NCBI GenBank assembly: GCA_000092065.1
Contig: CP000581.1
Reading direction: 5' to 3' (one strand)
Source of the DNA: Ostreococcus lucimarinus
Taxonomy: Eukaryota
Length of the DNA stretch: 64,000 bases
Numbering within the stretch: the first letter of the stretch is position 1; each line of letters begins with the position of its first letter. Below the pieces are notes generated by a model. The model did not search any database and was not told where the DNA came from. It saw only the letters and a list, made by a program, of their open reading frames with translations. Shown here one piece after another: positions 29,917-39,408 of this stretch. Both the position numbers and the translations under genes were made by a program.

Positions 29917-30705
29917 ATGCCCGCGCTCGGCGGACTCGCGCTCCAGCGCGCGCACGTGCGCGCGCCGACGCGTCGCGCGCGTCGATCGGGCCGCGCATCG
30001 CCGCGCGCGTCCGCGACCGCGCGCGATGTCGGCGCGAGTGCTGACGTCCCCGAAAACCATCGCGACGGTTCCAGCTCGAGGCGCGCGCTTCTCGCGTCCG
30101 CGCTCGTCGTCGTCGGCGCGTCGGCGATGGGCGAACCCGAGGCCGCGCGCGCGGAGGCGGCGCTGACGACGTACGAGGACGACAAGCTGAAATTCAAAGT
30201 GCAGTACCCGAGCGACTGGACGACGTCCACGGGCGAGACGCCGGCGAGCGAGGAAATCCTCGGTGGAGGCGCCCGTGACTTGTTCACGATCTCCCCTCCC
30301 GGTGCGAACGCGAGGGATGTGAACGTGACGATCGTCGCGACGCCGGCGGGGGCGGATTTCACGAAGATGGGCTCGCTCGGCGACGCGTACGGGTTCGGAT
30401 ACGGCTTGGTGGTGCCGTTGAACAAACCGCGGGCGAAGAAAGGACAAGAGGACAGGATTCAATTCGCCGAGTTGATCGATTCGGTAGGTAAGGGCGATTA
30501 CTACAAGGTTGAGTACAAGTTTGCCAAGCCGTCGACTGGAATTAACAGCATTTTCTTTGTTCTCGCCGGTCTCGGCTACGACGGACGAGTCAGTCACCTG
30601 TACACGGCCACCGCGCAGTATCCGCGCGCGGAGGAAGACAAGTGGCGCGCGCAAGTCGAGGCAATCATTGACTCTGTAGTGTATCCGCCGACTATTTACG
30701 GGTAA
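29917..30705 (+). CDS. PsbP-domain protein (thylakoid lumen, Tat-targeted).
   Basis: Second Met of ORF 29848..30705; the first ATG lies only 8 nt after the anamorsin stop codon. A twin-arginine motif SRRALLASALVVVGASA precedes a PsbP-like fold: YEDDKLKFKVQYPSDW...NVTIVATPA...GDYYKVEY. Confidence 0.65.
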   Translation: MPALGGLALQRAHVRAPTRRARRSGRASPRASATARDVGASADVPENHRDGSSSRRALLASALVVVGASAMGEPEAARAEAALTTYEDDKLKFKVQYPSDWTTSTGETPASEEILGGGARDLFTISPPGANARDVNVTIVATPAGADFTKMGSLGDAYGFGYGLVVPLNKPRAKKGQEDRIQFAELIDSVGKGDYYKVEYKFAKPSTGINSIFFVLAGLGYDGRVSHLYTATAQYPRAEEDKWRAQVEAIIDSVVYPPTIYG

Positions 30706-30772
30706 ATGGCGGAAGGAGTAAGCGGGCGTCCCTCATGGCCGGCGTCGCCCCTACGAGCGAGACGAGACCACG

Positions 30773-31468
30773 TTAGACCGCGGTATTTAATTGTTGTAAT
30801 CTCTGGGAGAGTAATCTGCGCATCAAACGTCGTTTCCCGCGTCGCCCGCGCGCGCTTCGTTTGACTGATCGTCTCACGGCCATACGCACGTAAGTTCTAT
30901 CACGCACCACGCGAGCGAGCTCGATGCCGCGACTGCACGTCTCGGTTTGCGCGTCGGTTTCGTTGACGTAGAGAATCAACGGTGACTCCTCGAGCAACTG
31001 CACCCCCACGGGCTGCAGCTCGATCTTGGACATCCCACTCCCGTCTGCATCGGTCCAGTTGTAAATGCTTCCATCGATGGTGACAAACAGACCGCGATAC
31101 CCGACGGAGACGTTGCCGTACGCGATGTATTGCCGAAGAATCTCTTGCACGTACGCCTTATTCTCGAGCACGGATTCCTCCCCCGTAAGTTCGAGGATGT
31201 CTTTCCAGTACTCGATTTCGTCTTCGAGATCGTCGTCAGAAGGCACGAAGAAGGTCAAATCGCCCGTGACTTCGTAGAAAAGGCCGCCAGGCACGACGAG
31301 CGCGTCGAGCTCACTGAACTTGGCCAACGTCGCAAAAAGAGAATCCTTGGAGGCGTCGCGCAGGGCGGAGCCGATGACGACGTTAACATCGGAGCAGTTT
31401 AGCGTGGCGTTTGAGGCGGCGATCGAGCCGGGAAAGATGGCGAGAAAGGCGAGGAAGATGAGGAACAT
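30773..31468 (-). CDS. Secreted fasciclin (FAS1)-like domain protein; low GC.
   Basis: Signal peptide MFLIFLAFLAIFPGSIAAS. A FAS1 H1-like motif LTFFVPSDDDL is present with N-glycosylation sites. The R/K-rich C-terminus may be read-through, so the 3' boundary is uncertain. Confidence 0.4.
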   Translation of the reverse strand: MFLIFLAFLAIFPGSIAASNATLNCSDVNVVIGSALRDASKDSLFATLAKFSELDALVVPGGLFYEVTGDLTFFVPSDDDLEDEIEYWKDILELTGEESVLENKAYVQEILRQYIAYGNVSVGYRGLFVTIDGSIYNWTDADGSGMSKIELQPVGVQLLEESPLILYVNETDAQTETCSRGIELARVVRDRTYVRMAVRRSVKRSARGRRGKRRLMRRLLSQRLQQLNTAV

Positions 31469-31581
31469 CGAGCGTGTGGAGAAATGAAGGCACTCTTCGA
31501 GATGAGACGAGACGAGACGCGGACGAGGACTGAATATTTCTAAAGTTTTAAATACACGTTCCCGCGATGCAATCGATTTAA

Positions 31582-33369
31582 TTAAGCCGCTTCTTTCATG
31601 ATTTGTTCGGCGACAACCTTGACGCCCATGAGCACGAGCGGAACGCCGTTACCCGGTCGCGTCGACGCGCCTACGAAATGCAAGCCGTCGACGACGGGCG
31701 AGTCAAGCTGCTTGATGCCCGTGCGCACCGGCGGTCGGAACGCGGCGAGCTGCAACAACCCGTGAGACAAACCAAAGACAGCGCCGTTCTTAATGTTGAA
31801 CTTGTCGCGCCATTCCGAGGGCACGGTGACGGATTCGTGCGCGATGATTTCTGTGAGGTCGCCGTGACCCGCTTCCTTGAAGCGTCGCAAGATGGCTTGT
31901 CGGCCAGCCTCGACGAGTTCGGTCTCACTCGGCACCGGAACGCCCCGTTTCTTGCAAATATTTTCTTGCTCTTTAATGTTCGCAATGGGGAGCAAAATCA
32001 TCAGCGAGGCACCGCCCTCCGGCGCGCACGTCTTATCCGTGTACACCGGGTTGTGGCAGTAAAAGTTGTGTTGACGCGGCGCTGCAAAGTCATCCACCGT
32101 CGCCGGACGCTCCCAGCTTCCCTTGTAGTCACCAGATAGAAAAACGTTGTGGTGCAACAATCCAGGGATTTCCTTCTTCAAGCACCAGTTGAACTCGAGC
32201 ACGGAGCACGAATAATCGGCGTTTTCCCACTTTTCGCTCTCCTTCTTCGCCGGCTCGCCCACCGAGTCGAGCATTTGATCCCACACGCACGGTAAATCCG
32301 GATTAGCGACGACGACGTCTGCGTTCATTATCTCGCCCGAAGCCAAGCGCACGCCGGTGACTTTTCGTCCCGTGTGCGAGCCGCCCTTGGCGTCCGCCAA
32401 ACCGCTCACTTCCTCGGTGAGAATCTCGGCGACTTCGCTGTTGAGGCGAACCTTGGCGCCCTTCTTCTCCGCTAGCGCGTTGAAGCTTTCGCGCACTTTG
32501 GTGAACCCGCCCTTGGGGTACCACACCCCGTCCGTGAGCTCGGTGGCGGCGAGCAAAGAGAAGACGCCCGGCGCGTTGTACGGGCTCAAGCCGACGTACA
32601 ACTCTTGGTACGAGAAGAGCGCGCGCAAGCGCTCATCCTTGAAATACTTGGCCATTTGGTTAAACTGCGGAAGCAACAAATCGATCGGGTTCACCGCGAG
32701 CGCGAGCGGACCGACGCGAGAGAGATCCACAAAATCCAGAATAGAGTTCGCGTCTCGCTCGATGAACGCCGCGACGCCGTAATCCAAACTCGCCCGCGCG
32801 CGTCCGAGCCAATCGATGTATCTCCCTCCCGCCCCGAACTCGACTTCATCTAACTGCTTACGCATCGCCTCGATGTCGTACAACAAATCGAGCGTCGTGT
32901 GATCGCCAAAGTGCGCGCGATACGCCGGGTCCACGCGTTCGACGTCCATGTAATCCTCCATCTTCTCCCCCACCGACGTGAACTGCTCCATGTACCGCTC
33001 CGGAAGCAGCATCAACGACGGTCCGGTGTCAAACCTGTACCCTTCCCCCCCCCCCGCGAACGTCTCGCTTCGACACCGTCCCCCCACGTCGCCGTTCTTC
33101 TCCAAAAGCGTCACCTCAAACCCGGCGTTCGCCAGCCGCGACGCCATCCCGAGTCCTCCGACCCCCCCCCCGACGACGATCGCCGCTTTCCCGCGCCCGA
33201 CGTCCGACGCCGTCGCCGTCGCCCGCGTCGTCGCGCCCGCGCGTCGCGCGCGCGCGCCGTCGCGCGCCGCGCGCCGGTCCCGTCCCGCGCCGGCCCGCGC
33301 GCGCGTCGCGTCCGCGCCGCGCGCGCCGCCCGCGCGCGTCGCGCGCGACGACCGCGCCATCGCGCGCAT
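31582..33369 (-). CDS. CrtI-family FAD-dependent desaturase/isomerase (bacterial-type phytoene-desaturase-like or CRTISO-like) with a transit-peptide-like N-terminus.
   Basis: FAD-binding motif AAIVVGGGVGGLGMASRLANAGFEVTLLEKNGDVGGRCRS, GYRFDTGPSLMLLPE, and the CrtI hallmark VWYPKGGF. Confidence 0.65.
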   Translation of the reverse strand: MRAMARSSRATRAGGARGADATRARAGAGRDRRAARDGARARRAGATTRATATASDVGRGKAAIVVGGGVGGLGMASRLANAGFEVTLLEKNGDVGGRCRSETFAGGGEGYRFDTGPSLMLLPERYMEQFTSVGEKMEDYMDVERVDPAYRAHFGDHTTLDLLYDIEAMRKQLDEVEFGAGGRYIDWLGRARASLDYGVAAFIERDANSILDFVDLSRVGPLALAVNPIDLLLPQFNQMAKYFKDERLRALFSYQELYVGLSPYNAPGVFSLLAATELTDGVWYPKGGFTKVRESFNALAEKKGAKVRLNSEVAEILTEEVSGLADAKGGSHTGRKVTGVRLASGEIMNADVVVANPDLPCVWDQMLDSVGEPAKKESEKWENADYSCSVLEFNWCLKKEIPGLLHHNVFLSGDYKGSWERPATVDDFAAPRQHNFYCHNPVYTDKTCAPEGGASLMILLPIANIKEQENICKKRGVPVPSETELVEAGRQAILRRFKEAGHGDLTEIIAHESVTVPSEWRDKFNIKNGAVFGLSHGLLQLAAFRPPVRTGIKQLDSPVVDGLHFVGASTRPGNGVPLVLMGVKVVAEQIMKEAA

Positions 33370-33482
33370 CGAACCGAACCCAATCGCCTCGCTCGCGCCG
33401 CGCTCGCGTCCGCGCGCGATCGACGACGCGCGCGTCCGTCGACGTGTGACGCGCGCGACGCGACGACGCCGACGGGCCTATC

Positions 33483-33590
33483 CGCGGCGACCGATCGCGA
33501 TCGATCGATCGATCGCGGGCGATCGATCGCGCGTCGATCGCGATCGCGAGCGATCGACGCGATCGATCGATCGCGTGGCGTAAAAAAATA
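33483..33590. repeat. GATCG/CGAT-rich degenerate tandem array in the intergenic spacer.
   Basis: Sequence reads ccgatcgcgatcgatcgatcgatcgcgggcgatcgatcgcgcgtcgatcgcgatcgcgagcgatcgacgcgatcgatcgatcgcg. An 11-nt G homopolymer follows at about 34019..34030. Confidence 0.7.
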
Positions 33591-33744
33591 GAAGAGAAAA
33601 GCGCGATCGCGTCGTAGTCGACGCCGCGCGAGCGCCATCGGATGCGCGACGATATCGACGCGAAACCCTCGCGCGCGCGCGCGCGCGACGGGACGTCACA
33701 GCGCGACGACGATGCACGCGACGACGATGACGACGCTCGGTGGG

Positions 33745-34500
33745 ATGAACACCGCGCGTCCGTGCGAGATTTCGCGAAGAGGTGCGCGCGAGAATTCGTG
33801 GCCGCGATCGAGCGCGCGTGGGGACCGCGCGAGGGGTCGCCGAACGCGCGCGCGCGAGGGATGGGGCGACGACGCGTGGGGTCGCGACGGGGGGGCGACG
33901 ACGCGCGACGGCGCGCGACGGCGCGCGCGGGCGGCGCGGGCGGGACGATGGGAGGTCGCGCGCGAGGTTCGGGCGGCGCGCGGCGTTCGCGCGCGCGGGG
34001 GGTCGCGGCGGCGCGCGCGCGGGGGGGGGGGCGCGCCGCGGCGCGCGGGGGGCGTTTGAGGGTTTTAGGTCTTGTGACTGACGGGTTTCGCGTACGCAGG
34101 CGCGGGGGCGACGTTCGGCGTGGAGACCGAGCAAGGGAAGTGGACCATGATGCGCCACGGGAACAAGAACGCGAAGCTTAACAAGCCGGCGGATCAACGT
34201 AAGGCGCTCATTCGAGGGTTGACGACGGAGTTGCTTCGCCACGGAACGGTGACGACGACGATGGCGCGCGCGAAGGCGATGCGAAAGCCGGTGGAGCACA
34301 TGATTCAATTAGCCAAGGATGGTGATGACTACAAGCGACGCATGGCGGAGGCGTTCATTTACGATAAGGAAGTCGTCGAGGCGCTCTTTGAGCAAGCGCC
34401 GAAGCGATATGCTGATCGTAACGGTGGTTACACACGCATCGTGCGCACGTTGAGCCGCCGCGGGGATAACGCGGAGATGGGCGTCATTCGCCTTGTGTAA
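33745..34500 (+). CDS. Bacterial-type ribosomal protein L17 (organellar, nuclear-encoded). Conserved exon 34100..34500; putative short first exon about 33745..33781.
   Basis: ORF 34120..34500 reads [37 protein letters not shown]...GGYTRIV...[13 protein letters not shown]17/rplQ-like. An in-frame TGA lies upstream of the conserved region. A CGCAG| acceptor at about 34099 with a GACTGACGG branch, and an AG|GTGCGCGCGAG donor at about 33782, would join the exon [12 protein letters not shown] in phase. The first exon is a hypothesis. Confidence 0.6.
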
Positions 34501-34627
34501 ACCGCTTGACTAGAGCGACGCGAGCGCAATTTAATAGGATCACGAATTATTTGTTCATCGCCTCCATCGTTTCGACGTATCGCGTGATTTCAGCGTTCTA
34601 TTACAACACGAAGGGGCGAAAACAATC

Positions 34628-35023
34628 TCACTTCTTCGACTTCGTCTTCGCCGCCTTGGTCGTCTTACCCTTCTTACTCTTCGGTTCTTCTTTTTCGCCC
34701 TCCGCGGCGGCGCGTTTCTTCTCTTTGTGCTCGTTAGCCAATCTCGTGAGCTCGGCCGCGCGTTTCTCCTTCTTCGCGATACCGATTTGCATGGCTTTGT
34801 ACAGCTCTCTCTTTTTGCGAGGCAAGAGCATGTACGACATCTTCTTCATCTGTTCCTCGTCCGAACCCTTGGCGAGCTGATCGCGCATGATTTTGTCCTT
34901 TTCGCTCAGCGCCATGTCGAACGTGAGGCGACTCTTCGGGTCGCCGTTCTCGTCCTCTGATGACGACTCGTCCGAGGCGTCCTCGTCTTCGGAGGCGTCG
35001 TCGTCCGAGGCGTCGTCGTCCGA

Positions 35024-35055
<32 letters not shown>

Positions 35056-36649
35056 TCTTCTCCAAAGACTTTGAGTACGAAACCCCCTTTATTTCCGCTT
35101 CTAGTTCTTTTCTGTAACGCTTCTCTTCCGCCGCGGCCTCCGCTTCTTCGTCCATTTCCGCGTCCGCGTCGTCGAGCACCTTGATCATCGGCACGCCGTT
35201 TTTAATGGCGCGCGTCTCTTCTTGGAGCTTCAACAGCGTCTTGGCGTACTCGGGCGTGTACCCATCGTCATCGGCGCCGACGAATGGACTCAAGTGAGGC
35301 GGTGGCTCGCATTCGGGAGCGTAGTCTTTGGGCGGAATGAGCACGCGCCAGTTGGCGCAATCGCACACCCATTGCGGCTGCACGTACACGACTTTGGGAT
35401 TCAGCTTCATGTTCTTCGTCGGGCGATCTATGACGACGTGCGTGATGCGCGAGTCATCGGCGTCGTACGGGGAACCGTCGCCATCCCAGCACACCTCGCC
35501 ACCGAAAGATTTGATGATGAAGACCATCATGTTACGCGGAACCTCGCGATTGATAAAGAAGACGAGACCGTCGAAGAGTCGCGCGCACTCGCGTTGCTCG
35601 GGTGTCATCTCTTCGTCTCCGCCATCTTCGTCGTCATCGTTCGCCATGTGCGCGTCTTCGTCGTCGTCTTCTTCTTCGTCTTGATGTTCGGCGATCAACG
35701 CGAGCTTTTCCTTGAGGGATTGCGCACGCGATTCTACGGCGCGCGCCGCTTCGCTATTCGCCGGCAGCGCGCGCGCGTTCGCCGCGTCGGCTTGCTTCGC
35801 GAGCTTGTGCACGACGGCAGCCAGACCCGCCGCGGCGTCGTCCATCTCCTCGTTCAAAGTCGGTGGATATTGCAATCCAGCGTCTTTGTACAGCTTAAAG
35901 TTCACGAACGACATCAAGTCGTGGTAAAACTCGAGAAACGTGAGCATGACGCGGTAGTCCACGTCCTCGGGCATGGTTTGCGCCAACGCGTGCGGCTCGA
36001 GCCACGTGATCTTTTCTCCTTGAATCTCCGCCTCGTAGTAAATCCCCTTGACAGAAATAAAAACCTTTCGCAAAGCGTGCGTTCGCACGCAAAACGACTT
36101 AAACTCTCGACTCAAACGCTCCGACTTCTCCACGATTTCGGGCGCGATGTCGTGCCGATTCACCGTCGGCAGCACCGCGAACAGCGCGCACATCGCCATC
36201 GGGTCATCCAGATCCCCCAGCGCGTCCTGAAACGTCGGATACCGCTCCAGCACCAAATGACTCAGCTCATACCGCGGCGTGTTATCCCTCAACCGATCGA
36301 GCGCTACGTAATTTTGTTTCGCCTTGGCCCGCTTCAGCTTTCTCGCGTACGCCCTCAACTCCCGAAACTTCTCCAACAGCGGCTCGTGATGCAAGAACGC
36401 GATGTCCTTGACGTGATAATACGTCTTCCCCTGCCCCTGGTGCTTCCTTCGCGGCTCGCGCGGGTGAATCCCCTTCAGTATGCACAGCCTTCGAAAGTCC
36501 CCGAGCTTGAGCTGCAGTCGATGCAGCGCTTGATTCCGCGTCACGTATCGCGACGACGCGGACCGCGTCGTCCCTCGCTTCGCCTTGAGCGTCGACTTCG
36601 GGATCACTCGCCCCGTGGCGCTCACTTTTTTCGCCTTTCCGCCGCCCAT
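34628..36649 (-). CDS. PES1: Pescadillo (ribosome biogenesis, PeBoW complex).
   Basis: Met 34 of ORF 34628..36748. Colinear with PES1: MGGGKAKK...YVTRNQALHRLQLKLGDFRRLCILKGIHPREP...TFYLIKDI-like block, a BRCT region (FFINREVPRNMMVFIIKSFGGEV), and an acidic tail. Confidence 0.85.
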
Positions 36650-37134
36650 CGCGCCTACGCGCCGCGGTTCGCGGGCCGCCGGCGGTCGCCTCGCCGGGCC
36701 GGCGGCGGCGCGCGCGCGCGCGCGATTTATGCGTCGCGCGGTGTACATCGCACCGAGGACGCGTATACCGTTTTTCTATACTTACATATGTATCATTTTA
36801 TACATTATTTTATAGTTAGTACGTATACTTCAATACGCGTCGTATATGCTTCCAGCACCGTGATACATAAAAAAAAGCATCCGTTCCGAAGCGCGTGTCC
36901 GTTCCGAGCGCTCGGACACCCGACCGATACCTCGACGCGCGGGAGGACGCGCGTCGACGCGCGCGCCGCGCCGCGCGACGCGACGCGACGCGTCGCCGCG
37001 ACGCGCGCGAATTCGCGATTCGCGAGCGCCGCGTCGCGCGACGGGACGCGACGACGGCGCGCGACGCGACGCGGAAACGAAAGACGTTCATTCGAGCGCG
37101 TCGGAGACGCGCGAGGATCGAACGTCGCGCGACG
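36650..37134. promoter_or_regulatory. Divergent intergenic region between PES1 (minus) and a coiled-coil gene (plus), with an AT-rich core at about 36760..36860.
   Basis: The core, ttttctatacttacatatgtatcattttatacattattttatagttagtacgtatacttcaatacg...ataaaaaaaagc, is a sharp AT island in roughly 70% GC surroundings. Confidence 0.35.
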
Positions 37135-39162
37135 ATGGCGTCGACGTCGACGGCGCGCGACGCGGTGACGTGCGAGATAAAGATAGACCCGGCGACGATC
37201 GCGCGGGCGGTGTCGCACGCGACGAAACACATCGCGCGCGAACCGGAGGACGCGTACGAGTTTCCGGGACGGGAGCGCGACGGCGAGCGCGGCGGCGACG
37301 CGGGCGAGACGACGACGAGGCGAGGGACGGCGGCGCGGGACGACGCGGAGGCGCGAAGAGAGACGATGGAGAGAGGCGCGGGCGAGGGACGGGCGACGAG
37401 CGGGATGGGGGAGGTGAACGCGAGACGAGGACGCGATCGCGAGACGTCGAGCGGGGAGACGGGGGAGGTGACGATGCGGTCGAGGGGCGACGAGAGGGGA
37501 GGGAGAACGGCGCGGAAGGCGGGCGAGGACGCGGACGCGGACGAACCGTACGTGCGGTTTGAGGATTTGTTCGGGGCGAAGGCGTTGTTCGCCAAGTCGA
37601 ACTCGCGCGCGCGCGGGATTCAGGCGGACATGTACATTCAAGACTATCTCGAGCGCAAGGTGTACGGCTACGCCCACGTCAGCGTTAAGCGCAAGTCGCG
37701 AAAGAAAGAAGTCGTCATGGAGCGAAGAGTCGTGGGCGTGGGTCGACCGGAAGACGCGCTGGATTTCGCGGCGGACGAGAACCCAGCCTGCGCGGCGCGG
37801 CATCCGCCCTTGCAGTCGCTGCCTCCCGCGTTTTCTTTAGCGCGCGGCGACGCGATCAAGGCGAGCGAGTTCCTCGAACCACCGACGTGGATCCAGCGAA
37901 GAGGCGATTTGGAGGCTGTGGCGGCGGCGACAGCGACGAAACTTTCGGCGTTGTCGAGAAAGGAGTCGACGGCGGATTTCAAGAAGGCGAAGAAGACGCC
38001 GACGGTGGCGGAGGTGGCCGAGCGCGCGACGACGCCGATTCGGCCGCTGAAGCGCGCGGCGGAAGTTCTCGCCGCCAAGGGACTCAAGGCAACGCCGTCG
38101 CCCGATCGTCAAAAGACGCCGAACCCCGCGCCAGGGATGTCGCCGTTCAGCGCGCTCAAGATGCCGGGGACGATTTTTGACAGCTCAGATTTCTTGGGCG
38201 ACGCGCACGACGACATGCTGTTCTGGGATGCGCTCAACGATATCGATCACCCCACGCATGCCGCCACGCATCGTACGACGTCTGCGATGCCGTCAAAACG
38301 CCGCAAGGCGCGGGAAGCGACCCGAAGTCCATCGGTCAGGAGCGACGCGACGGGCTCGCCCAAGTCAGAGGCGAAGCTCACCGCGGTGGAGAAGCGCCTG
38401 CGCGACCTCGAAGCCAAGTTGTCGCGCGGCGAGTACCACGTTTCCGAGCGCGTTGGAGCTGCAGATGCGGTGCCAGCGACGCGCCCGATGACTTTCGACG
38501 ACACCGCCCGCGCGGAAGCGAGCGGCAAGAAGCGTACGCTCTCCGGCGGAAGCGACGAGCGCGAAAACGCGACGAGCGTTCGCGAGCAATCGACGCAAAG
38601 CGAACTTCAGAGACTCAACGACACAATCTTGGCGCTTGTGCAGCGTCAAGATAAGTACGAGATCGAGCGCCACAGGCATCAAAAGCAAATGTATGAACTT
38701 TGCCAGACTCACAAGGAGCACACGGCGAGTTTGGAGTCCATCATCGCCGCGTACGAGAAGAGGTTCTCGGCGATATCGCCGCAGACGCCGCGAAAGTGGG
38801 ATGGACCTCCGTTGTCCATTCCGCCGCGTTTTGCGCGTGACGAACCGGCGTTGTCGACGCCGCTAGAAGAGTTCCACGCGCCGCGAGACGATCCACGCGC
38901 GTACAACTCCGCGGGACCTGCTTGGGGTCGATCAAGCCCGACAGAGCGCTTCGATCGATCTTTCCACGATCAAGCGCCGTACTCGGAGAACAAGCGCAAC
39001 GAACGCTCGCGCGATGTCGAAGCTATTTTGGAGCGCGAGATGCGATTCCTCCAGGAATCGCTCGCGCGCAAGAACGAAGTCATCGCGTCCCTGGCCAGCG
39101 AGCTCGGCTCCGCCAAACAGAAACACACTAAATCTCGATGGGATTCAGTCGGATTGAATTAA
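37135..39162 (+). CDS. Hypothetical coiled-coil protein; no recognised domain.
   Basis: Met 81 of ORF 36895..39162. Low-complexity N-terminus; the C-terminal third has heptad-like segments (LQRLNDTILALVQRQDKYEIERHRHQKQMYELCQ). The coding call rests mainly on ORF length and its position in an otherwise empty interval. Confidence 0.4.
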   Translation: MASTSTARDAVTCEIKIDPATIARAVSHATKHIAREPEDAYEFPGRERDGERGGDAGETTTRRGTAARDDAEARRETMERGAGEGRATSGMGEVNARRGRDRETSSGETGEVTMRSRGDERGGRTARKAGEDADADEPYVRFEDLFGAKALFAKSNSRARGIQADMYIQDYLERKVYGYAHVSVKRKSRKKEVVMERRVVGVGRPEDALDFAADENPACAARHPPLQSLPPAFSLARGDAIKASEFLEPPTWIQRRGDLEAVAAATATKLSALSRKESTADFKKAKKTPTVAEVAERATTPIRPLKRAAEVLAAKGLKATPSPDRQKTPNPAPGMSPFSALKMPGTIFDSSDFLGDAHDDMLFWDALNDIDHPTHAATHRTTSAMPSKRRKAREATRSPSVRSDATGSPKSEAKLTAVEKRLRDLEAKLSRGEYHVSERVGAADAVPATRPMTFDDTARAEASGKKRTLSGGSDERENATSVREQSTQSELQRLNDTILALVQRQDKYEIERHRHQKQMYELCQTHKEHTASLESIIAAYEKRFSAISPQTPRKWDGPPLSIPPRFARDEPALSTPLEEFHAPRDDPRAYNSAGPAWGRSSPTERFDRSFHDQAPYSENKRNERSRDVEAILEREMRFLQESLARKNEVIASLASELGSAKQKHTKSRWDSVGLN

Positions 39163-39408
39163 TCGCAGGCAGCATTTGCCCGCGTACACCGCACACAACA
39201 CGCTGTATTAGCACTCATACCATATTCATGATGTAATAAAGTTGCCATTAATTGCGATGAAACCACGCCGTTCGAACACTTCCATGTTCTCGACGCCCGT
39301 CTCGCCGCGCGCGAAACCGTTCTCGACGCACAGCTGGAGAAACGTCACTCCTCGCCTCGCACGTCCATCCGAAGGTCGTCAGCGCTTGACGCGCGAGGAC
39401 GCACTCAT

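Noticed and set aside
36895-37134. The first 80 codons of ORF 36895..39162 (MSVPSARTPDRYLDAREDARRRARR...).
   Set aside because: It is Arg/Asp-rich, repetitive, and overlaps the AT-rich divergent promoter region shared with PES1. The start is more plausibly the Met at 37135, though this is uncertain.
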